The notes beneath the pieces are model-generated. The model saw nothing but the letters and a program-made list of their open reading frames with translations, was not told the DNA's origin and did no database searches. DNA of 64,000 nt from the human T2T-CHM13v2.0 reference genome, Homo sapiens. Of the stretch, positions 1 through 15,052 are shown in pieces. The stretch lies in assembly GCF_009914755.1 (NCBI RefSeq), contig NC_060927.1. One strand, 5' to 3'. The position numbers and the translations under genes are program-made. The number at the start of each line of letters is the position of its first letter. Within the stretch, counting starts at the first letter, position 1.

Positions 1-263
<263 letters not shown>

Positions 264-559
264 AGAGTCAGCAAATTTCTTAAACAAGAAGGCTGTGCCC
301 CCCCTTAACCAGCTCTCCTCCAGATCCACCCACATCCTCAGTCTGGAGCTTTCACATTTGGGGGGATGGAAAAGAAGCAGCTTGGTGAGTCCTGTCCGTG
401 AGGGACAAGCATCACACCACTGCTAGCAGGACCACCCTTTGCAGAAACCACAGAAACACAGAGGCCAGGTTCTGTCACGGCCAATGCACACCCCTGAGCA
501 GAGCCCAAGAGCTCAGCCAGAGGAGGGCCACAGGGCCACCAGACACGAAGCAGGATGCC

Positions 560-740
560 AAGAGCACTGGTTTGGGAGTCCCACAGACCAGGTCCATGTC
601 TGGTCCTTGCCATTTACTAGCTGTACAACCCTAGACAAGAACTTCACCTCTTTGAGCCTCAGTTTTCTCATCTTCATAATGGGGCTGCACAGATAAAAAA
701 GGATCAGCTAGCACACAACAGGTGCTTAATACATACTTAC
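560..740 (+). mobile_element. MIR SINE fragment
   Basis: MIR core: ccatttactagctgt...cttcacctctttgagcctcagttttctcatc...aatgggg. Confidence 0.7.
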
Positions 741-2149
741 TTCAGCCCATCTCATAGAAGAGACCCTTATTGCCAGGGAAGCTGCTGTCTCCAGGAGAGA
801 GCAGTGAAAACTCAGCTGTGGTCCAGGCCACTGCCACTAGACTTTCTGATGAGGCTCCCCTATCAGAAGGGTTGAGCAAGACTCCCACCATGAACCTGTG
901 TCTTTATAAGTCATGTGCAGATGAGACTGCACTGATGTCACGAATATCCGTAAAAGGGCCCACCAAAAAGATGTTTCAGGAGGAAATTAAATAATAAGTG
1001 CAAATACAATCTTAATTGTACACGTTTTCCCTGCACCTCAAAGAATCAAGTCCTTTGCCCCTAGGGGTGTGTGCATTCCACTCTGGAGACCCTTGTCCAT
1101 GTAACAATCGTCGATTCATTCAAAATATGTCATTTTAAATTTGGGCAGTTTGGTAGGAGGGCTTCCAAAGATGAGCAAGGTATGGCTGCTGCCTGCCCCA
1201 GAGAGGGAAGATGCAAGCCCCCAGGCCCCCAGTGGTAACAAGACAGGAAGCCTGCAGAGGGACCAGGGCTACAGGAATAAATATAATCAACATAAAGAGA
1301 AGACATTTATTCTAACACGTGTCAGCACCATGAAACGTTCTGAGATCAGAGTCAGTCCTCAGAGGACGTGCGGGGTTTCAAAAGGCAAGAACAGAGGTGT
1401 GGGCTGGGTATTCCAGGCAGCGGGAACAGCATGAAGTGTGAAAATGGCAGGCATCCGGAGTGAGCTGCAGTGCAGGGGGTTGGGGTAGGCAACCAGCAGG
1501 CACTTGGCCACCGGCTCAGGGCACTCTTGTGAGCAAGAGAGGAACTCAGGCCAACACTCCTGCCCTCAGGGCAGGACGACAGCCAGGCAGGAGCGAGGCT
1601 GCTTGGGTGTCCTTAGTGCTCAGGGAGAAGGTGGGACTGAGAAGGCAGCGCTCTCAGTGACTGCAGCCATCCACATCGCACTGCAGGGATGATTTTCTCC
1701 AGACCCCCTTTCCCTCTCTGGATGTTTTGGCTGCTTTGCCATATGGCAGGAGTTAAAAATACAGCTTGGAGTGAGGGGGATGCAGATGAGAACAGGCAAG
1801 CATTCCCTGAGTGACTGGGCTGGGAAGCCCAGCCCACTCCCATCCCCTACCCAGGGAACAGGTCAGGTCCCTGCCCAAGAAGCATCCTCAGTGCCCAAGC
1901 CAGGTTGTGGGGGGCAGGGTGCTGGCCTCCTGATGAGCTGCTCTGGAAGATGAGAATGCCACAGACACAGCCACCCCTAAAAGTGATCCTCCACAGACAG
2001 GCCAGCTCAGCAGGGGCAGGACAGCAGCCACATTCCAGGCAGAGAGAGGGGAGCGAGGCCCACCTGTGGGCAGGCCACTCTGAAACTTCCGCAGCCTTGA
2101 CAGGGAGAAGTGACAGAGCCCAGTCTGAGCAAACCAAATGTGGGAGATT

Positions 2150-2640
2150 AAGGACCTCTGCAAATTGTCCCTCCTTCTCCCAGGGAGGGTGGAGGCCAAT
2201 TCCTCTGCCCTTGAATTTGGGCTGGCCTTGTGATCTGCGTGACCAATAAGATGTGGCAGAAGTATGTCTGGGACTCCAGAGGTCCAATCACAAGAAGCCT
2301 CACATTTCCCACACAGGCCTTTTAGAACACTGGCTCTGGGGGCCCCTAGGCCACCAGATTGGAGAAGCCACATGTGGATATTCTGGTGGCAGTCTCAGCT
2401 GAGCCCACCTCCCAGACACCTCCACAAGGTGCCGGATGTGTGAGTGAAGTCGTTTTGGACCCTCCAGATCAGCCAATCATGCAGCTGAATACCACTGAGT
2501 ATTCCATTAAAAACATAGGGAACAGAAGAACCACCCAGCCAAGCACTGCCCAACCTCTGATCTGCAAAATGAGATATAATAAAATGGTGGTTGTTTTAAA
2601 ACTAAATGTTTAATTAATTTGTTACAGGCCAACAAATAAA
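2150..2640 (+). mobile_element. MaLR LTR (MLT1-type)
   Basis: MLT1-like motifs cccttgaatttgggctggccttgtga, agaagaaccacccagcc, ataataaaatggtggttgttttaa. Confidence 0.7.
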
Positions 2641-3442
2641 CCTTACGGTGACTGAATGATGGATTAATTGACTTGCTGATTCATTCATTCAATACATATT
2701 CATTAAAACCTACCCTGAGGCAGGACCCCTTAAAGAAATAGCAGAGACAAATAATTCACTCCCCTTGTCTTCAGGAAGCTTCTGGGCTGGTTCCTTGGTG
2801 CCTACCCAGTTTGTGATGGGTCTGCACCTGTGTTTGCCAGCTTTCTTCTCTGGGGCCTGCCACTTTCTGGGCTTCACTGTCAACATTCCCTGTCCAGATC
2901 CTGCCCCTGTCTTTATTCTCTCTGGGTGAGGATAAATTCATGTGGGAGGTTCTGCCTCTAGAACAAGTTTTATCATGCTCTGAAAGGTCCCCTATATACT
3001 AAAATAAACAAGGGGATTAAAATATTACACTAGAAAAATAGTTAACACAAAAGAAGGTAGTAATGGAGGAATATAGGAAGAAAAAAGATATAAGATGCAG
3101 AAAATAAATGACAAAATTGTATATATAAATCTCACCTTATCAATAATTATATTAAATGTAGATTAAACACTCCAATCAAAAGGCAAAGACTGGTAGAATG
3201 GATAATAGAAAACATAATACAACTACATTCTGTCTACAAGAGATTCACTTTAGATTCAAAGACACAAATAGGCTGAAAATGAAAGGATGGAAAAAGATAT
3301 ACAAATGGTAACCAAAATGAGTTAAAGTAGCTATAACTAAAATCAGACAAAATAAACTTTAAGATATACATTGTTACTAGGGACTGAGAAGGACATTTCA
3401 TAATGATAAAAGGGACAATCCATTAAGAAGACACAATAATAG

Positions 3443-4150
<708 letters not shown>

Positions 4151-5752
4151 ATAATTAAATCAAAATAAAAATTAACAAATAAGAATAACAATTGGAGACA
4201 TCAATACCTCACTTTCAATAATAAACAGAGCAGGTAGGCAGACCAACAAGGAAATATAAGACACAAACAAGACTACAAACCAACTAGGCCTATCAAACAT
4301 GTACAGAACAGTCCACCCAACAGCAGAAAACATTCTTCTTAAGTGTACACGGAACATTCTCCAGGATAGACTGCATCTCAGACCCTAAAATGGGTCTCAA
4401 CAAATTTAAAAGGACTGAAATCACACAAAGTATGATCTCTGAACAAAACGGACTGAAACTAAGAGTCCCCTAAAAATGTCTAGATGACAGCTCTGATAGG
4501 GATATGCTTGGCTGATCCTTGCTCATACCACAACCTTCCCAACCACCCTTGCTTTGTTTTGCCTCAGTTCCCCCATATATACCATGGAGATAATAATGCT
4601 CCCCACTTCACAGAATCATGGCAAGTGCTTACAATAAATAGCCAGTCCTCAAGGTTGCTATTATAGCTCATCAACAATGGAGGGGTGGCGGCAACCCCTC
4701 ACATTCCATCCCTAGGTGAGAGACATTCATTCGTACAATATTACACTTTCAAGACACCTTTGTTCCCATTATTTGATGTGGTCCATCACAGCCCTGCAGG
4801 ATCGTCTGGTGAAAGGGAAAGTTGGTGGTGGTGAAGCCCCAGTACGGGGGCATCTGTTGACTCCTTAGCCCAGAGACTGGCTCACAGTAGGTGCCAGGGA
4901 GGGCAAGCAGGCCAACCTAGGGGTGAGGGTCAAAGGGGATGGTCAGAGTCACCCCGCACACCCCTTTTAGGTGGCGGATTTTTACACATCTCGATGTCCG
5001 GCAACTGCTGAGCTGGGTAAGAGTAAAGCCTCACAGAAAGTAAAGACAGAGATGTGAGCATGTCATGGGCTGTGGGAGGGGGATGGAACTTTCCAGGCTC
5101 CTCCTTTTTTGTCGGGGAGGCCCTAATTCAATTTAATAAAATTAAGACTCCACAACTTTAAAACATGTGAAGAGGCTGCAGCGTTAAAGGGATTGAGATA
5201 ACACATCGTACAAAGGGTTGGATTCAAAATCAGCAGCATTAACTATGCAGAGAAGTGGGTAGATAAGAGACATGTGCTGAAACCCAAGTCACCTGATTCT
5301 AAATTCCATGACTTTCTAAAATCACTTTCCTTCTCAACAGAGAAAGAAGAAACAATAATGATACAAGTGGCTCTGTGCACAGTTACATACATCAAGGATG
5401 TAATCCTTGCCACTCCTCTAGCAGGGAGGTTTTATAACCCCATTTTACAGGTGAGGAAGCTGAAGCACAGAGAGGCTCAGCCACAGGCCAGAGAAGACAA
5501 AGACAGGTGGTGCATGTGGAGGGAGCTGGGATTCAGGCTGCTGGCCTGGCCCCAGAGTCTGTGTCCTGGCTCCTGGCCACCGTGCTGCCCAAATACTCCA
5601 CCGGGAGCCTCACCCAAGCCATCTAGAAGTCCTGGCCAGCCCAAGGGAAGTGAACATCTCTGCTTGGGCTGCTCCTCCCTCAAGGTGAAAGAGGGGAGTG
5701 GCCTGGGTGTGGGAAGCCAGAGGCAGAGTCCAGGGGTGTCGCCAACCACCTC

Positions 5753-5803
5753 ACTCCCTGTTTCAAGAACTCCCCGTTTCAAGAACTCCCCATTCCAAGA
5801 ACT
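5753..5803. repeat. Three tandem copies of a 16-bp unit (actcccygtttcaaga)
   Basis: actccctgtttcaaga / actccccgtttcaaga / actccccattccaaga. Confidence 0.8.
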
Positions 5804-8134
5804 GCTGCAGGCAGCCAAGATGGGCACGGCCCCTCCCATCTGGAGCCACTCCTTTGGTTCCACTCCTCTCTCTCCTTCCCATCTGAACTGGCGATTGTTG
5901 GGGGAAAAGAGAGGGTGGGGCCGTGTGCCTTCAGCCCCAGCCCACGTGCTCCTGCCCATCCCAGCAGCCTCTGCCCAGGATCCCAGCACCCAGCTCTGCA
6001 GCATCTCCTGAAGCCTCCCTCACCCTGGTACCCATGCCTGCCCCAGGGGCCAGAGATCCTGCCCAGACCTAAGTCCCATCACTTCCTCCTCTGCTCAACA
6101 CCCTCCAGGGACTTCTGTCTCCCTTAGATCAAAGCCAAAGTCTCCAGTGGGCCCACATGGCCCTGCTGGCTCTGCCTCACCCCTCGCCCCTGCCCTGTTT
6201 GCCTCCACCCTCCTCTCTCATGCCCTCCCCCTCACTCTGCCCCATGCACACTGGTCCGCTCCCTGCACCTCAACCACGCCGCCAGGCACACTCCCCACTC
6301 AGGGCAACCCTAAGAGGGAGATCCAGTTGTCACTGTCCCCATAGCAGAGATGAAAAATCTGAGGCTCAGAGAGGTGCATTTCACATGCCGAGGGGGAGAA
6401 AGTACAAGCAAATCCCAAAGCCGGGACCCTCCCTCCAGTCCTGTCTTTGGGTTTTCCCAGGCTACCCCACCAGGTCCCATTCAGCCTCGGGCTGTTCATG
6501 GGCCCTGCAGCCCATCCGTGAATCTCATCCACAAACATGCCTGCCCCCGGAAGTGTCCCCAGAGGCTGTCCCCCAACACCACCAGACACGTGCTAAGGAC
6601 TTCTCACCTGAGCGCTGAGGCCATCCAGGAAGCAGAGGATCCCACCCCGCACCTTGTCCTCGCAGGACCAGCACTCCACAGGCAGCTACAAGTGACTTGC
6701 AAGGACCCTCCTGCCCTACCGGTCCCAGGACACCCTCTGGGCAGGCCCTGTCTTCTGCCCTTGGCAAGCTGTGCTCCTGCGGTTCCCACGGAGGGGGCGG
6801 GCTCAGGCCCCTTGGTTCTCCACGGGTGTGACGCTCTTCATGCAAGTGGTATGCAGAGCAAAGGACAGCTAAACCACCACAGGTGCTTCCAGCAAAAGCT
6901 GGGGCAAAGCCAGAAGAGGGGCCCCCATCCCAACCCTCCCCTGCGACCACATGTCCCAAGTGTGTCCTGCATGAATGAAGACGTGAACAGCAACTTTCTG
7001 GGAGCTCAGCAAGTGTTCATCTCAGCGGAGTGGGGAGGTCAGACCAACTCAGAGAGGAACACCCGGCACTGGCTGCTGGGTGTGCTGCATGGCTTAGAGG
7101 GCCCTCCCCAAGCACACTGGCACCCACTGCCCATAGCAGCCCTGCCAGCTGGGTGCAACCACTGTCAGCTGCTTTGCAGAGAAGGAACTTGGGCTGTCTC
7201 CAGGTGGGTGACAAAGCTACATTCATTCTGGCTCCTGAAGCCAAAAATCTGGGGAAGGGACCATGCCACATTTGGAAACGGCCCCCAATGTTTCCAAAAC
7301 ATCTACACAATGCAATGAACAGTTCTGAAGCAGCCCAGCGTGGTGGTGAACTGCACCAGCCCTGGAGGCAGACAGACCTGGGTGTGAATCCCGCCGCTGC
7401 CACTGGGTGACTGTGGGCAAACCACTTAACTTCTTTGAGCCTCAGGTTTCATATATGCGAAATGGGATGAGGACAGTTCACACTTGTCACAGGGTTAGAG
7501 CATCAACAGAGACATGGAGAAGAATGTGCCCAGCAGGCAGCACCTAGAACGGGCTCGGTTATTGCTGTGGCCTCACTACAATCAACACATTCTAAGTTCA
7601 GGTGCAGAACGACAGTCTCTAACCCGTTCCTTTGTGGATCTCGCCTCATCCAAGAGGGAAAGCTGAACACTTCAAAATCAGGATTCAAGCTAGGCCCAGC
7701 TTGGAGGGCAGGGGCCAGTCTTGTCCACCAGCTCCCTAAAACTGATACCTGGGTTCTAAGAAAGGCAAGTGCCCTAGGCTGGTCTGTGCCCATCTGGGCC
7801 TCACCTGGCCCAGTTGCACCGACCTGTTACAACCAATGACAGCACCGCCCAGCCCCTCACACACCCCGGGCACAGACACACCACACATGCTGCTTCCCCT
7901 GCCTTGACACCATCCTCCTCCTCTCTCCTGCTCTTCAAGTCCCAGCTCAAAGGTACGTCCTCCAGGAAGCCTCTGCTGACACCCGTGGGTGGTCACTCGC
8001 TTCGTGCTCTGGGGCTGCACACCACTTGGCCCCCTTCCTCCGTGGCCTGATCCCTCTGTAATCTTCCAGGTACAGGTCTCCATCTCCTATTTGCATGATG
8101 TTTCCAAGTGGAGGCAGTGGGGGAGCGGCCCTAA

Positions 8135-8736
<602 letters not shown>

Positions 8737-9452
8737 TCCTTCAAAGCATTCTTGATGCCCTGGCTATTCCTCCCCTGGAGCCACCACCTAATGCGGGGCC
8801 ACAGGCAACTCCTGTATCTGCTCTCCCTGCACGGAAGTGGCCTTCTCCATTTTCATGGGGAGAGACAGCAACTCAGAGAGGCTGGGGCTGTTACTTGGAA
8901 AGTCCAAGCAGCAGGGAAGTGGCTGAGGCCGGGCTGGGATCCTGCCAGCCTGCTACGGGGACAGGGCTAACTGTCCAGGAGCCACAGATGGGGGCCTGCA
9001 GGGTCCCCAGAGCAAGGCCAAGGCTGATGGGCTGGAGAAAGGCATTGGCAACCTCAAGGCAGCAGCCGTTTCCCGATGAAAACAGAAGCACCCAACGTTT
9101 GCCATAACTGGCCCGGTGCATCCTGCTGGAATATCCACCCCTCGGAGGGCAGGATTCAAACTCCCAAGGCCTTGCTGCCTCAGAGCTTCAAGTCATTTGG
9201 TTGCAGCCTGGCCCGGGTCTGCCCTGGGTGGGGGCAGCACACTGGAGGCCGCTGAACTCGGACTGCCTCCTGGCCCCACCGCAGCCTCTGCTCCATTTCA
9301 ATTAGGTCAATTCCCTCTCCCCTATTCCAGTTCTTGCCAAATGCCTGGCTGGCCTGTGTTGTTTTTTCTGCTGCTCTGTGGCAATTATACGGCTGACACC
9401 CTGACAAGCTCAGAATGGTGCACTTCCCAAGTTAGGCAAAGCATTGCTCCTC

Positions 9453-9484
<32 letters not shown>

Positions 9485-10674
9485 AGAAAACAAGACACAA
9501 AAGACTGGATCAGCTGTCAAAACAATGTCATAGACAAAACAGCTGAGAAATAGCCACCCAGCTGGCAAAAAACGCTGATGTCCCCAAATGCCTGACTCCA
9601 GGCCCCTCCAACGTGACCGACCCCTCTCACTCCCCCCGGCACAGCAAAGCCTCCTGATCTCTGCCAGGTGCAGCGAGCCTGAATCCAGAAAGGGGAGGCA
9701 AAAACCAAACATCGGAAACAAGTAGGTCCCGACTTTATTTCGCACACAGTGCCACTCGCTGTCTTCCTCAGCTCGAGCTGGATAAAGAAACATCTCATGG
9801 TTTATTTTCCAGGTTGTAAAATAATAATTTGCCCAGTCTGTCAGACAGCTGGGAGAGCTTCGGAGACACACTCCCTCGTCTTTCTGTGGACTCTACCATC
9901 TGCTGGAAAATGAGAATCACTCTCCCCACTCCCTTGGAGTTGAACACATTTTGTCCCATCAGACAAGTCTCCCAGAGCATGCTGCAGCTCGTTCCTGACT
10001 TGGGGACTTCCTCCCCAGCACTGGACACGGGCTTTATCTTGGCTGGGAGAACAAGAACATTATTGAACCAAAACATGACACAGTATCTCCCTCTGCCCTG
10101 CCACCCTTTCTGCCAAATCAGAGATCAGAAAAGAGCCCTCTCGGCCTCACTCAGTCTCTCTACAGCCCCCTCCTCTTTGCTAAGAGGGGACAGGAAATCC
10201 AACCTAAGTGCCCTCAGCCCCCCGCCCCTGGCCCAGCATTGGTGCTTCCCGGCCACTTTGAAGAACAACACACTTATCAGGGGCTCCCGGCAGGACCCTC
10301 CTGAGGATGGCTTCCTCCTGCCCATTAGGACAATCCAGCCTCCGCTGCTGCCCCCTCATCAGTGGCCACCCCTGAGCTTGCCTCTGAACTGACGTGCCGC
10401 CGTACGGTTAATGTCACCATGAACCCGGCAAGAATACTGGTTTGGTAAATCAACAGAGTCTGAATGCCACTGAAAACCTCCCCCGGAGTGAGTCACCAAC
10501 TCAGAGCTTCAGAAAAACGTCCTCTCCCAGTGATATGACAGCACTTAAGGGCTGGAGGGGACCAGAAAGCGAGGCAGGCCACTCCACTGGGCTTCCCCCC
10601 CCCACCCCCAGCCTCCTTAGGCGATGTTTCCTTTTGCCAAGGAACTTTGGAAGATCAAAGGCTGGAAGGAATCA

Positions 10675-11164
<490 letters not shown>

Positions 11165-12994
11165 TGGTGAGGGGCAGGGTGGGGGGGGACAGGGAAGAGC
11201 AGGGAGGCCAAGCCAGACCATCTGAGTACAAATCCTGGCTCCACCCCGTAGCCAGATGGGAGAGCTTGGGCAAGGCCATGATTTCTGAGCCTCAGGTTCC
11301 ACATCTATAAAATGGGAGCAGCAGCTGCACCTGCCTCGTAGGAGTGATGAGACAAGGAGATGACCTGACCAAGGCATAGACCGTAAGCAGGGCAGGCACA
11401 CAGGAAGCCCCCGGTGGATGCAGCCATCGGCCCCACCCCTGCTCCCTGGGATTTGGGTCTGGGTGATTTTCAATCCCAGCTGGGCCTGCTGAAGTTCAAC
11501 TGACTTTCTAAAGGAAAATGCAATGGCCTGAATCAATCCCTCTGGCTTCATCCACTCAACAAATCTTTACTGAGTGCCTATTATGCGTCTGAACCTCTAG
11601 TGAGCAGAGAGCAATTCTAGAAACAGATCACTAGCATGTAGCCAACCAGACATTGGATATGAATTCTGATGTCAGGGTAAAAGCATAGCCAAATAATCAA
11701 AGTAACCACAGGCATCCCATCACTGTATTTTTTCCTGTTATCATCCTGTTTTTCCCAGAGCTGAGAAACTCATGATGGTATTTTTCAGGGGGTGTCAAGG
11801 CATGAAAGAGCACTCTCTGAGAAAGGCTTAAAGGTTTCTGGACTTGTACACTTCCGGCACGCAAAGTCATCCTGCCCATGGACTGCATGGATGGGGCAGT
11901 GCCAGGCTAACTGTTGTCCCAGGACGAGGCTGCTCAGTGATCTCTCAATTGCATCCATCCAACCCCCCTCGAGTCACTGCACCTTCTGTCTGTGTGGCGG
12001 GCTGGGGGCTCCTGACTCACGCCAGAGAATCTGGAGGCTGAGTAGGAGGTCCACCAGGCCTGGCTTAGCCTGGCATGCTCGCCAGACCCTCCCTCACAGG
12101 GCCTCTGTGTGCAGGTAGGGGGAAAGGGGAGCAGAGTCCTCAGCAGGAAGTCAATCCTGATGCTGTGGCCTTGCATGGCCCTGTCACCTTGGGAAACCCA
12201 TGCTCAACCCCCACCTAGCCTCTGGGCAGCCCTTCTCACGGTACCCCATTTCCCTCTCCATGCCTCCTGCCCCTGGCTCCAAAGGTCTCACCCCCTGCCT
12301 GTGCTCAGTTGGCCCAAAAGAAATGACAAACAGGTGGACAATGGAAGAATCTGACCTGCATTAAGCACTTACTGTATACCAGTTTCCTCCATGCCCATCT
12401 TTGCTTAATTCTCAAAAAAGTATGGGAGGCAGCTATGATCATTCCTGCTTTGCGTGCATTTCAGAAAACCTGAGGCTACGAGGGGTAGTATGACTTGTCC
12501 CATGGTCACCGGCTGGGAAGTGCAGGGCTGGGCCTAGGACCCTAGTTTGTCCACTCATGTTGCTCTCTCTACACAGAGTTGCTTATTCTCTTCCTCTCCA
12601 TTCTTCCTCTTATGTTTCCAAGCACATTGATAATGAGTCTGCATACAGCAGGTGCTTAATAAAAGTCCTCAAGGGGATTGGTTATCCCATGTTCCTTGGG
12701 CATAAATCACCTTGCTCTGCAGATGGGCAGTGGGATACATCCAATCCATGGTTTGCTGAGCAGCCCCGGGGGGGCCCAGAACCCCACGCATGTGAGCAGG
12801 CCATGTGATGCCCCCGTCCCTGTGAGTCTCCTGTGAGGGGAGGAGACTCCAGCATTCTCCTTCCCAAAAGACTAGGGAGTGAATCAGATGCACAAAAATG
12901 GGTCCGGCTGCTCCATCTTGAAGGGAACCCACCCACAGCTCCTGCTCACACCAAGACTCCCCACAGCCTCACTGCTCACCCTGGGGTCCGGGCC

Positions 12995-13130
12995 CAGCAG
13001 CAGCGGGTGTCCTAGGAGCTGGCTAGAGATGCAGACTCCAGCCCACCCCAGACCCACTGGCTCAGCATCTGCATTGTAGCAAGATTCCCAGACTCCTGGT
13101 GTACACATTCAAGTTTGGAAGCTGTGCTTG
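12995..13130. mobile_element. MER5A-like hAT-Charlie DNA transposon fragment
   Basis: gagatgcagactccagcccaccccagacccactggctcagcatctgcatt...caagattccc...caagtttggaagc resembles MER5A. Confidence 0.6.
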
Positions 13131-15052
13131 ACCTAGACCGTGGGCTGAGGACTGTGCTGCCACTCTGCTTTCCCTAAAGGCAATGCTCTCCCTCACAGGC
13201 CTTGGCTGTGTCTCCACTAAGGGGAAGCCAGGTGGACACAGAACCAGGGACTTCTGAAACAAAATCCCAGCCTTCCCATCCCGGCTTCCCGGCCAAGGCG
13301 GCTGCCTGGATGCAACCCAGGGGGATGCCCCACGGAAGGACGACGTGCTCCCTCTCAGCATCCTCCTGTCCCCTGCGTGGTCACCAGGGGTGACGCTGAA
13401 GGGAAAAAGGAAGCCATTCCCCAGGGTGGTGTTGTGAGGCATGTGCTGACCAACGTGTCACTGCTTCCCATGAAAGCAGGGACTTGGGACCTGCCCTGGT
13501 GCCGCCTCCCCAAGCTGCTGAGGACTTTCCTTGGGCAGCCCCAGCTTCTCTTTTGGTCCTGGTGTGGGAGAAAGGGCCCGGGCCCCTGTGAGACCAGCTC
13601 CGGGAGACCCACAGCTGCTGTGGCAGGACTGAAGAGTGAAGGGAGTCTCAGAGACTCCGGAGGGCCAGGAGTGGGGCCCAGACAGGCAGTGGGCGGGGTC
13701 TCTGCTTCCTCCCAGTGACACCAGTTAGGAGCTATACACACGTCCCGCTCCTCCTTCTCCATTCACAGAGAGCAAGAGCCTGACACCCACGCCTGCCACG
13801 CACAGAGCCATGTGTTCACCCACAGCCCGACCCCATCCTCACAATGCTCCTCCTCCAAAGAGCCCCCCAGCCCCACCCGCACCGCCCAGAGCCAGCACAC
13901 CCTCCAGGCAGGGCAGCAGACAGGGCCTGTCCCATGGCCACAGTCGCTGCAGCCCCCCTGGGGTGGGAAACTCGGGTTTCCATGACAGTACTGGGACTCC
14001 TGGGAATCAGGAACCACCCCACCTTCTGGGGCCACAGCTAACTCCTCCCCCATTTCCACCCTGGAAGGGCCGCCCAGCAGGAAGACTGTCCTGAAGCCCT
14101 GACCACGGCCACTCCCCCAACCACACAGTGATTTCTAGTCTTCCCCAGGCCAAGCCATAGTGGGCCCCGGGTGATCCCGAAGACAGAGAGGCAGAGGGGC
14201 AGGCAGAGGGCACAGAGCAGCAGAAACCCCGCCCCAGAGACACCGAAGCCTCCCAGCCCCCTTGTCCTGCCCCAGATGGGCGCCCGAAGGTCCACACGGT
14301 GAGGCTGCTCCGGGTTTCGACACCGACACTCATGGGAGGCAAACGGGAACCCGGCTGGCGGGCTGCGAGCCGGTAGGGACGCTGGGGTCCAGGGCTGCTG
14401 GACAGCCCCGCCCTGTACCTCTCCCCATCCCTCACTTAATCCTGGGTCCGAAATAGCCCCGGGTAATCCCAGGGCGAGGCAGTCGGGAATTAACCCCAGC
14501 CTTGAAGTAAGAGACAGAGGCGTCCACAGAAGAGGGCTCTGCGCGTCCCGGACTGGACACAGCGCAGAGTCCATTCCAGGGACACCGCAACCCGCAAGCG
14601 ACCCAGGCCCGCTCCAGGGCGGGATCCGCGCGGCCCGCGACCCCTCCCTACCGGTCTCGGGATCTCTGGGTCGGAAGTTCTGGCCCTGCTGCTCCGAGAC
14701 CTAGGTCCGCTCCCCGGACAGACCTCCGCCCGGCTCGTCCGAGCCCCGGGGGTCGCCAACCCTGAGTCCGCGCCGCAGCGCAGAGCCAGGCCGGCGGGAG
14801 CGCTGAGCAGCTCCCTGGAGCCCTTTTCCAGGGAACCCAGTCCCCACCCGAGATCGAGCTCCGGATCTGGGCGGCGACCCCGCCAGAGAATCCCAGGGAG
14901 CCCCTGGGGGTCTGGCGGCGGGTGTGGGCGCTCCCGGGCCGGCCACGCGCCCTCCCGCACCCGCCCACCTCCCCGCCAAGCCCCGAGGGAAGCCGCGGAC
15001 CCCAAGAAGTTCCCACGTCCCCGACACGCCCGCCGCCCCGGGCCCCGCTTAC

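Noticed and set aside
5274-6011. 245-aa plus-strand ORF
   Set aside because: Non-ATG start, includes MIR-derived sequence (PILQVRKLKHRE) and the 16-bp tandem repeat; no domain recognised.
6350-7318. 322-aa plus-strand ORF (longest in window)
   Set aside because: Starts in a MIR-like segment, is Pro/His/Gly-rich without a recognisable domain, is antisense within an IQSEC1 intron and has no supporting splice or promoter structure; consistent with a chance ORF in GC-rich DNA.
9456-9483. Poly-A run as the possible tail of a processed pseudogene
   Set aside because: No upstream AATAAA, no TSD and no recognisable parent mRNA.
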